DNA of 64,000 nucleotides from Eledone cirrhosa (Eukaryota): NCBI GenBank assembly GCA_964016885.1, contig OZ024740.1, positions 158,844,001 to 158,908,000 of the forward strand, read 5' to 3'. Shown piece by piece: positions 50,638 to 64,000 of this stretch (position 1 is its first letter; each line of letters starts with the position of its first letter). The notes under the pieces were generated by a model. It saw only the letters and a program-made list of their open reading frames with translations, ran no database searches and was not told where the DNA came from. The position numbers and the translations under genes were made by a program.

Positions 50638-52733
50638 GTGTACAATTTCCATTCATGTTTAACGCTGCTGACACCGTTGGGCTTGATTGCCTTTTTGGAT
50701 GTCGAAACTACAGGCATACACAGTCGACAGCTAAAGATGAAAGCGTTCATGCCTCTGTTCTGTGTTCTGTTGTCTCTTTTCACCTGTCCTATACATTTCC
50801 ACCATCAAATCTCTCGATTAACTGCGCAATTTCTTCAAAATACATATAAATGTGTCCATGTGCATGTATTATACCTTCGTCAGTTTCGACGACGAGTCTT
50901 ATGATTAACAGAACCGCATATTCGTGAAATATGCAATGGATAAGCTTTCCACAGACACGTGTACGTTTGACGTAGTTCTCAAGAAATTCACGTGGCAAAA
51001 TGCATAACAAACTGACCTTTGAATTACAAGTAAAACATATTTTTTCTAGCTGAGTGGAGTGGAGCAGCGCTGAATAATGAGTTTTTTTTCTGAAGGACAA
51101 AATGCACTACCGGGAGTGAATTCACGAATACCCTTAGCACTAGTGTAGGTTTATATGCGAGATCAAGTCTGTTGGATCCAGTTGTTTACTGATGAGGTTT
51201 AAGTGGGCTAGGAATCCACATGTTTTTGTAGGGATATGCGGCACTCTGGGTACTCTGTAGAGTTTATGTTTCTCTCAGCAGCAGTGGCGGTTTCTTTTTC
51301 TTCAGCTGTTTGGGTGCATTTGCGAATTTATTAAACTCTGCTAGGAGTTAACCACAATGCTTTTAGAGTTACTCTAAAGGGCTAGGTATATACCCAATCA
51401 TACTTGCACACATGCTATAGGTGTACATGTCTCTTTTGAATATGAGTGTATAAATGACGGATAACTCTGTGTGTAAGTGTATACCATGCCTCCATGTGAT
51501 TGTGTGCATATTCTTTAATTCTCCCACTGGTTTTACTCATTAGATACCGTTGGGATACCGCTTCGTTCATTCAAAGAAACTCAAATGTAGAATCTTTGGA
51601 ATGTTCCACAAATCTTCCGCTAATCTATCAAATTTGAAGGGCACGAGTCAATGCGTTTTGTTCTTTCACGGAAAAAAAAATCACCATTTCAAGGCTGTTT
51701 CACAACCCAGCCTACCTATAATAATAGGTACAAGTGAAAATATATAGTTCGGATAAAAGTTCTGTATTATTTTACCATAGATGTTTCATTTTTCAACTGT
51801 TGGGAAGCTAATCATTACAACATTGCATGATTTGCGAGCTTTGTTGCATAGAAAAATATCAGATTGAATCTAAATTGAGCAAACCAATAATCGAAGCCTT
51901 TCCAGCCGCAAACATCATGTTTAGCTTTCAGACATAGAGACTCTAATACGATATTATCCAACGTGGCATTTCTTTTAAAGACGGTGGTGTGGATTTTAAC
52001 GGAAATTTAGTTTCCCTTTGTCTCGTTCTATGGTATATGTTGTAATTATCCTTATAAATTGTAGTGTCGATTTCTATGACCAATTTCGTGTCTATGAAAC
52101 ATCCCTGAAAATGATGCCTCGATATAGTGTTCCGCCAGATTACAACATTGGGTTATATCATAATCCTCTAACAACATGTTTACAGATAAATGAATGAAGT
52201 TGTTTCAATATTAAGTTTTTTGGTTATTAGAGGAATACTGTAAATGATACTATCATTCATCGTTAACAACATCACATCTCTCCATTCTCTAACGAAGTTC
52301 AAAGTTCCGAGACATTAGATTCTGCATGCCTCACGTCAACTGAATATTTCAAACTCTCCCCTAAAATCTCCCGACAACGATGTGATAATTTCGCTAGGGA
52401 GTGGATATCAACTGCCGATCATTTGTCATTTATTAATTTGAATTTTTCTGTTGTGGGCACAGGCATTGCTGTATCGTTAAGGATTTTGCTTCTCCACCGA
52501 GTGGTTCCTGGTTCAGTCTCTTTCTCCGACAACTTGAGCAAGTATCTTCTACTATAACCTCCTCAGATTTTACCAATGTCTTATCGATGGAGTTTGGTAG
52601 AAAGAAACTGCAGAAGCCCTTCGTAAAATAGCTGACTGAATACACTCACACTTTTTCTAAAAAATTAAATTCCGTTCCTTCCTCTTCTCACCCTCTATGT
52701 TTTTATTTCATCTTTTATTTCTCATTCTATCTT

Positions 52734-52762
52734 CTGATGAAGGACTAGTGACCGAAACGTAA
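52734..52762 (+). ncRNA. Short hammerhead-like core (Penelope pLTR relic)
   Basis: CUGAUGA-AGGACUAGUGACC-GAAA-CG-UA. Stem I is not well supported. Confidence 0.4.
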
Positions 52763-52833
52763 ATACACTTTTCCTACTACATCAATCGTTAAACTAATAT
52801 ATTTCTTCATTGTAACGTGTTGTTTTCGTTTAC

Positions 52834-52889
<56 letters not shown>

Positions 52890-53041
52890 ATTGAGAATCC
52901 ACCATAAGTCTATTGAGCTATTGATTCCAGAGTCGGTTGCGAGCACTACCCATCGTACATTAAGCTGATCAATCACGAAACGCGCGTCACGCTTGAATAA
53001 ACATAACGATATTGATACTTTGTTTCTTCGTTCCTGCCCAT

Positions 53042-53136
<95 letters not shown>

Positions 53137-53145
53137 ATATATCTA

Positions 53146-53228
<83 letters not shown>

Positions 53229-53232
<4 letters not shown>

Positions 53233-53582
53233 TAGTAAAAGGAAAAGAAAATGCTGACAAATTTTTGCCAGTGAAAAATAGTTTAATTAGGAATAAGTAT
53301 AAATTAGTAATAAGTATTGGTTAGTATTCAGTTTTAGTTTTAACTTTTTACCGGTTGCGCATTTCTAATGCGTTTCAAAAATGATTTTGAAATAGAGCAA
53401 ACGTCACGAGCGCTCTATCTCAAAATTATTTTTGAAAAGCATTAGAAATGCGCAACCGGTAAAAACTTAAAACTAAAACTGAATACTAACCAATACTTAT
53501 TACTAATTTATACTTATTCCTAATTAAACTATTTTTCACTGGGAAAAATTTGTCAGCATTTTCTTTTCCTTTTACTAATATA
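53229..53582. repeat. Near-perfect fold-back inverted repeat (~170-bp arms, 13-nt loop)
   Basis: ATATTAGTAAAAGG...ATAGAGC / GCTCTAT...CCTTTTACTAATAT, followed by a unique tail of about 30 nt. Confidence 0.9.
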
Positions 53583-53836
53583 TCACAACTCGTGTGTTAC
53601 ACCTCTATTTTTTAATATATATATGTTTTAATTCTGCCTCGTTTTTGTCTGGATATTTTTCTTTTCTCTCTATGTAACGGCTGTTTTCTCTCTTAACCAC
53701 ATATATCTCTCTCTACATTAATACTATAGCTAAATAAATAAATAAATAAATAAATATATCATTGATACATCATTCAACTGGTGCCCAACTACCTAGTTTC
53801 TTTCTCTCTATCTCTATCTATATCTATCTCTCTATA

Positions 53837-53893
<57 letters not shown>

Positions 53894-54161
53894 CTTCTCT
53901 CTCTCTATCTATCTCCCTCTGTGTTTTTTCCTCTCTCTATATATCTCTCTCTGTCTCTTTACATGAATTTCTTCTCTCTATCTATCTCTCTATATCTATC
54001 TCTTTCTATTTAGTTGCATGCATTTCTTCTTTTTCTTCGTTTTTCTTTCTTTCTTTTTATAACTGTCCCTAATATTTTTTCACTACCAAATCAACTTTTC
54101 AAATAGAAGTCGAAGTTGAAAGGTATGTCGAATCTATCTATTTATAAGACTGTTTATATTG

Positions 54162-54227
54162 TATTTTGTCTGAAGAAGGCATAACATATTTTTAATATGA
54201 TATCCCTGAAATATATATAATGAAATA
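54162..54227 (+). ncRNA. Minimal hammerhead ribozyme in the 5' pLTR
   Basis: UAUUUUGU-CUGAAGA-[AGGCAUAACAUAUU UUU AAUAUGAUAUCCCU]-GAAA-UAUAUA-UA-AUGAAAUA. Confidence 0.75.
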
Positions 54228-57200
54228 AATATGGTTTTATAAATATAGTTTCCATTTATTTAATATCGTAAATATACTCCAAATACTTGTTGAGTGCTTT
54301 TATATCAGTTATAAATATTTACTCGTTGTTAACCCAACAATTTAAATAAAACTTTGCATATATCTTGCTCCAATACTGTTGAGCGCTTTATATTATAACT
54401 GAAAAAATGGAATTCTTTAAGATTTCTTCCTCTTTAAAAGACATACCTCTACCTAGAAACAAAGACTTTATTAAACAATTAATAGATAAATCTGACTCTT
54501 TTATAAGGAGAATCAGGTGGAGGGCATTCCACTTTGATAAATCTAAATCTAATATAAATGAAAATGTCTCGGACTTAGACAAAGTTTTCAAATCTAAAAG
54601 AAATCCATCCCCCCAACAAACTTTTATTTGACTTTGAAAACGATATAATTTCTATCATACAAGGAGTCAAATTCAAGAGAAACTTCAAAGGCCAGGAATA
54701 TCTGAAAGGCATTAAGGATAATATTGAGAGCTTAGAGAAAACTGAGAAGATCTTGGTGAAATCCGACAAGACCAACAACCTCTATGGAGTGCAAAAGAGA
54801 CATGTATAATGGCCTAATACTGAAAGAACTGAGGAAAAAGTACAAGGTAGCAGATAAGGCCGAGCTTGAGAAAATGAATGTTGAGGCATCTTGTATAATG
54901 CATGAGTTGGAAATTGAGAACAGAACACAACCTTTCGTGCCCAGGAAACCGAAGATCAATATGAAAGATCACAAAAGTAATTTTGAAAATGACCTGCCAG
55001 TCAGATTGATTGCACCATCAAAATCGGACCTGGGTAAACTAAGCAAAAATATTCTAGACAGGGTGATACAGCAAATTAAAAACTTGAATTGTGTACCTAA
55101 CTTGAGCTTGTGGAAGGGAACTGGAGAGGTTATTGAGTGGTTTAAAGAAATTAAATATAACAATAATAATAAGTTTATTCAACTAGATATAGCTAACTAT
55201 TATTCATCTATTACCCCTAATCTACTAAATAAGGCACTAAATTACGCATTCAAACATACAGACCTAACTAGCAATGAAATGCACATTATATTATCGGCTA
55301 GGAAAACACTGATAGAATTTAATGACCAACTATGGACCAGAGCAGATAGAGATAACAATTTCGACATTACTATGGGATCATCCGACTCAGCTCAGGTAAC
55401 TGACCTTGTGGGCCTATTTTTAATCAATTCGCTGCATAGGAAAATACCCGGTGCTACCGGAGGTTTATATAGAGATGACATGCTTTTACTTATTGAAAAT
55501 AATAACTCTGAACTAAATAGAAAAAGAAAACAAATTACACAATTTTTTAATTACTTTAATCTAAAATAGAAATTGAGAATAACCATAGAATAGTCAATTT
55601 CCTAGATGTAACATTAAATCTCAACACATGTCTTCACTATCCATTTCACAAGTTGAATGAAAACTTAAACTATGTCAGCTTTAACTCTAACCACCCCAGA
55701 TCTGTTAAAAATACTATAGTAAACTCTGTTCAAAATCGTATCTCTAGAATCTCATCTAATAAAAAGATTTTCGACGAAAAAGCCCAGTATTACAATGAAG
55801 CGTTAGCTAGAGCAGGATATAGTGATAAAATTATGTACATAGATAATAATAGACAAACTAACCAAAATAACAACAATTGTAATTACGGCAACAACTTTAA
55901 CAACTATAATAGAAAGCATTACAATAATTCCAAAAGCCAAAAAAGAAATAGAACTAGGAATATAATATGGTTTGCCCCCCCTTTCTCACTAAACATTAAA
56001 ACCCACATCGCTAAACTATTTTTTAATGCTCTTGATAATCGCTTCCCTAGAACACATAGGTATCACTCAATTTTCAATAGACATACTATAAAATTAACCT
56101 ACTCATCCACCAAAAATTTAGCACAAAATATTAATAGAATAAATAATAGGAATTTAAAACCTAGCCAAAATACCGATAATAGCATAAATAATATCCAAGT
56201 TAACAAATGTAACTGTAGAGATAGATCTAAATGCCCGTTAAATAACAATTGCTTAGTTAAAAATATAATATACAACTGTAATGTTAAAACGGACTTAAAT
56301 TCTTTTAACTATGTTGGTTCCACCTCGACAGAATTTAAACTTCGCTATAATAACCACAAGAATTCTTTCACAGATCCAAGCAAAAAATCCTCAACATCAC
56401 TATCAGGCCTACTCTGGCAACTTAGGCATGATAACGTTGGATATTCAACGGCTTGGAATATAGTCTCAAGAGGGATTCCTTTTAATTCATCCTCTGAGAC
56501 ATGTGACCTCTGCGCGAAGGAGATATTCTTTATACTAAAATCTAAAAATTCCCTTAATTTACGGACAAATTATTCAGTTGCTGCAGACATAGATTGAACT
56601 CAACTTTTAAATATAAATATAAATTTAAAATGTAGTATATTTAATTTGATTTATAATTATTTATGAAACTCGCCGATAAATCTTTCGACTCCTTTTTATT
56701 TTAAACATTCTTCATGAATAATTAAACTACCCTAAAAGCTGATGCTCCAAATATATCGAATAAATTTTACACTAGATAAACTTCTATATTAAATATAAGA
56801 CCATCTGTAGATCAAATGGGTATCCTAAACTTTTGGAATGTTTTCTGCTAGACAGGATTTGGTAAATAATTTTTGGTTTTGTTTGCTTTTGATTCTGATG
56901 CTTATAACGAACTTGGCAATATATTGTCAATTAACTTCGAAGGGTTGATCTCTGTGGTTGATTTGCGGGGCATACTATGTTTTATTTTAATTTTAATATT
57001 TTTAATATTTTTAATATTTTTATTTTTAATATTTTTTTGATTTTTTGTTTTTTATTTACTTTTTGTTTCTGATATTTTTTATTGATATATTGATATCTGT
57101 TCTCTATTTATGCTTGAACGATAATCATGTAGAGTAAAGACATGAATAGTATTGTTAAAATTAATGTAGACTCTATATATATTTGTGTGTATGTACACAT

Positions 57201-57690
57201 ATATGTATACTTAAATTTTTATAGCACAATGAGAATGTTTTCGTGTGAAATAGGAATTTGCAGAGCTGATCACGTAAATTCACATGGATGTGTATAGTAT
57301 AAAATCTGGGATAACCTTCTATTTTATCTCAACTCTAATATAAACCTAGGAATTTTAGACTAGACATATGATCATTATTTTTCACACATTATTGATACGT
57401 GTCTCATTCATGAATACTGATATTTACATTATAATGCCTGGTTTATACGAATTGATATTTTTTTACATTGATGAAACATAGTGTTTTAATTCTGCCTCGT
57501 TTTTGTCTGGATATTTTTCTTTTCTCTCTATGTAACGGCTGTTTTCTCTCTTAACCACATATATCTCTCTCTACATTAATACTAGAGCTAAATAAATAAA
57601 TAAATAAATATATCATTGATACATCATTCAACTGGTGCCCAACTACCTAGTTTCTTTCTCTCTATCTCTATCTATATCTATCTCTCTATA

Positions 57691-57739
<49 letters not shown>

Positions 57740-58011
57740 CTTCTCTCTCTCTCTCTATCTATCTCCCTCTGTGTTCTTTCCTCTCTCTATATATCTCTCT
57801 CTGTTTCTTTACATGAATTTCTTCTCTCTATCTATCTCTCTATATCTATCTCTTTCTATTTAGTTGCATGCATTTCTTCTTTTTCTTCGTTTTTCTTTCT
57901 TTCTTTTTATAACTGTCCCTAATATTTTTTCACTACCAAATCAACTTTTCAAATAGAAGTCTAAGTTGAAAGGTATGTCGAATCTATCTATTTATAAGAC
58001 TGTTTATATTG

Positions 58012-58077
58012 TATTTTGTCTGAAGAAGGCATAACATATTTTTAATATGATATCCCTGAAATATATATAATGAAATA
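58012..58077 (+). ncRNA. Identical hammerhead in the 3' pLTR
   Basis: Same sequence as 54162-54227. Confidence 0.75.
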
Positions 58078-58117
58078 AATATGGTTTTATAAATATAGTT
58101 TCCATTTATTTAATATC

Positions 58118-58183
<66 letters not shown>

Positions 58184-58544
58184 AAAGTAACGATCGACTT
58201 TCGTCAAATCGGACCGAGGGAACAATGTTTCCGTTGGTCTTTCCAATTGCTAATACTATCTATCGGTCGCAACTCCAGGTAGAAGGAGCAACGTGAAATA
58301 AAGTGTCTTGCTCAAGGACATAACGCCTCGCCTGATCCAGGAATCGAACTCACAACCTTACGATTGCGAATCCAATTCTCTAACCACTCATATATATATA
58401 TATGTGTGTGTGGGGGGGGGGGGATAACAATAAATTGTTAAAAATAATCCGATAAGAGTCTGTGAAAACTATTTATCATGGACAGTTTAAGCGTACGTGA
58501 CTCAACAAGAGGTTTACGTTGGTGACGATTTCATGACTTCGCTT

Positions 58545-59825
58545 GTATTCATATGTAAATATATCTTGGAGTAATAAAAAAGTGAAGAATAACATGGTTG
58601 ACAGTACAAACAAGGATATTTATTTACAGTCTTACAATTGTTTCCATGATAGAATTGTCTATAAATTGCTAAATACTGGAGACAGTATAACTCAATTTAC
58701 AATACATCTAAGTTCAATCATTTCATCAGAAACTATTAAGAAATATAAAATATATGCGTAACGGTAAACTTAAAGATTCAAATTACTACATTAATAATAG
58801 TATTAATGATAAATAAATAAAGGAAGGGGACAGATGGAAATGAGAGAGAAAGAAAGAAAATGACGAAAGAAGGAACGAAGATATAGTTAAATGTATAACC
58901 GGCAAAGTTACGAAATCAAACTATCACATCAAAATAAATATAATATTAATAATAATAAATATATATATAGAAAGAGATAAGGGGGATATAGCATAGGCAA
59001 AGAGGAAGGATAAGTAAGGAAGATGAGAAAGAAATAGAGGAAGATTAAGAGGGATGAGGAAGCAGAGGGGATAGAAATTAATCATGAATATGGGAATATG
59101 AAAAAGAGAGAAAATAAAATAAACATACGGACGAATATACATTCTATGTAAAATAGCTAGTTTGAGATGTATTATATTATAGGATAAAATGATCGAGATA
59201 AAAGAGGCTTAAGTGGAGAAATACAAAGACAAATGATGAAAGATGTATATATATAAGATAATAAATGATGTAAATACAAATAAAAATAAAAATAATGATG
59301 TTAATACAGATGTTTTTAGGTTATTCTTACGTAATTATGAAGTTTGTGATAATTTGATATCGTAATAGGTGCTAAAAGTATAAAAAGGAATAAGGAGTAG
59401 AAAATGGAGCTAAGTAAGTCTAAAGTTCAGGAACTTCGTTGCTGATTTATGCCGGCAAAAGATAGTTCGCTCAATTCTGCTGTTAAGAAGGGTTTTACTA
59501 AAATTAAGAATTTGGAAGAGCTCCATATTACAGAGCCTACAATGGGACATATCAGTTTTCTCTCATTTCCATCTGTCCCCCTTCGTTTATTTATTTATCA
59601 TTAATACTATTATTGATGTAATTTGAATTTTTAAGTTTACCGTTACGCATATATTTCATATTTCTTAATAGTTTCTCATGAAATGGTTGAACTTAGATGT
59701 ATTATAAATTGAGTTATACTGTTTCTAGTATTTAGCAATTTATAGACAATTCTTTCATGGAAACAATTGTAAGACTGTAAATAAATATCCTTGTTTGTAC
59801 TGTCAACCATGTTATTCTTCACTTT

Positions 59826-59826
<1 letters not shown>
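58545..59826 (-). mobile_element. 5'-truncated Penelope-like element with inverted pLTR (58575-58850 vs 59556-59826)
   Basis: Minus strand about 59555-59412 encodes CRLCNMELFQILNFSKTLLNSRIERTIFCRHK, the GIY-YIG C-terminus. Inverted repeat of about 270 bp. Confidence 0.85.
58627..58735 (-). ncRNA. Hammerhead ribozyme with an extended stem II
   Basis: UAGUUU-CUGAUGA-[~78-nt hairpin]-GAAA-CAAUUG-UA-AGACUG. The inverted copy at 59669-59777 has CUCAUGA. Confidence 0.7.
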
Positions 59827-59878
<52 letters not shown>

Positions 59879-59951
59879 GTATTATTGTAAATATAACTTC
59901 TTAAAGACTCCAACTACATTTTCAACATTTTTTTTTAATATATATATATGT

Positions 59952-59999
<48 letters not shown>

Positions 60000-60160
60000 A
60001 ATTTTGAATATATGTTGGTTGTTTACCGACACCTCAGTATGCAAACTGGAGCACTCGACGAAGTACGCAGATTGGTTTGTTTATTCCGGAGTAATTTAAA
60101 ATAAAATAAGTAAGTTTAATATGTAAGATTTGGCTTCGTTTATTATAAATTATAAATTTA

Positions 60161-60215
60161 TTGCTATATATATTTCAGTGACAGCTATTATTGGCTGTGA
60201 CCTCTTCAGGTACAC
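60161..60215 (-). ncRNA. Hammerhead core, stem I decayed
   Basis: CUGAAGA-GGUCACAGCCAAUAAUAGCUGUCACU-GAAA-UAUAUA-UA. Confidence 0.55.
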
Positions 60216-60333
60216 CATAATGGTATGGGAAAGGCAGGTACACATGTTGTTGAAGTGTGTTCCACTCTGTCAATACAACGATATGTCCAGCTTCTGGGTG
60301 TGTTGTTAGTCCTCCGAGGAATTGGAACTATTT

Positions 60334-60383
<50 letters not shown>

Positions 60384-60425
60384 GATACATACCTACATAC
60401 ATACATACATATATACATACATACA

Positions 60426-63135
<2,710 letters not shown>

Positions 63136-63163
63136 GCTCTAAGAAAATACTTCTGAGCATTAC

Positions 63164-63363
63164 AGTACAATTAAAAAAATATATGATCAACACTAATGTT
63201 GCCATTTTACGTCTGTAAGTATAGATTTAATATTTAATATTTTCTAGATCGATACAGGTGGACTATATGTACTTGAATTAAGGTATTTCTATCTGGCTAA
63301 AAAATTATTGTCATTTTGCAAAAAAAAACACATTAGTGTTGATCATATATTTTTTTAAATTGT

Positions 63364-63366
<3 letters not shown>
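63164..63366. repeat. Short fold-back repeat (~35-bp arms)
   Basis: AGTACAATTAAAAAAATATATGATCAACACTAATGT / ACATTAGTGTTGATCATATATTTTTTTAAATTGTACT. Confidence 0.8.
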
Positions 63367-63426
<60 letters not shown>

Positions 63427-63748
63427 AAACGAAAAATCAGTGATGCATCTGACTCAATTTATTGTGTGTTACAATTGTTTTGCCGGCGGACAGCTCGAGA
63501 CACGATCATTGTGTGGATCTGTCTGATTCTGGTTCCGCAGGTTCGACGGACACTTCTAATGATTTCGGAGCAAATTCTTTCACTGGGGTCTTAGCGTCAA
63601 AAACTTCATCCTCTTCGTGCGTCCTGTTATTGGCCGCTGGGTGTCTACGTCATCATAATTCTGACCGCAGGTATCGCTCGGCTGACCATCAGCTGTCCCG
63701 TGTCTGCTACACTTCAATGAATTATTGCTGGGCGTAGTAGTTTACACG

Positions 63749-63813
<65 letters not shown>

Positions 63814-64000
63814 ATCACATAGATAACGACAGTCGTACGCATAGACTCCCGCTATACACACACATTTAAGGAGAACATATAAACCTATAAACATACGCAT
63901 ACACAGACGCATGACTACATGCCTATATCCATAATAACACACACACACAGAGGCGCACACACATGTATACGCGTATATATACACGTACAGACATATACAT

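Larger units (their letters stand above)
53624..58120 (+). mobile_element. Near full-length Penelope-like element (Naiad-type GIY-YIG) with direct pseudo-LTRs 53624-54270 and 57482-58120
   Basis: Frameshifted ORF 54407-56635: FIRRIRW, KDHK, RLI, QLDIANYYSSI, MGSSDSA, LYRDD, SNHP, IIWF.PPFS, CNC..CPL...C, IIY...YVG, CDLC.KE and an out-of-frame CCRH. Confidence 0.93.

Noticed and set aside
50660-50720. Hammerhead-like CTGCTGA...GAAAC
   Set aside because: The core is mutated and the stems are poor.

Overview
AT-rich, microsatellite-laden animal genomic DNA. The repeat complement (tRNA-derived SINEs, RTE, R4 and Penelope-like retroelements in long (TA)n/(TATG)n tracts) suggests a cephalopod such as an octopus; this is inference, not verified. 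The only clear host gene is the 3' part of a BTB-BACK-Kelch gene: an exon ending at 28, an intron at 29-2203 and a terminal coding exon at 2204-3832. Most of the rest is transposon-derived: a head-to-tail pile of RTE LINE fragments carrying a PHD finger (12.8-20.6 kb), an internally deleted maT-type Tc1/mariner, several MITEs, an apparently full-length R4/Dong LINE in an (ACAT)n tract, CRE and CR1 fragments, and at least four Penelope-like elements. The most interesting items are (1) an unannotated GC-rich spliced exon at 39731-39909 encoding a 9-cysteine defensin/toxin-like peptide that the ORF track missed, (2) at least six distinct minimal hammerhead ribozyme motifs and several fold-back relics from Penelope-like elements, (3) an RTE family whose 3' UTR appears to have captured a structured SINE module, and (4) a degenerate ~25-bp GATATC-core array just after the Kelch stop codon. 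Most ORFs in the track are microsatellite or antisense artefacts.
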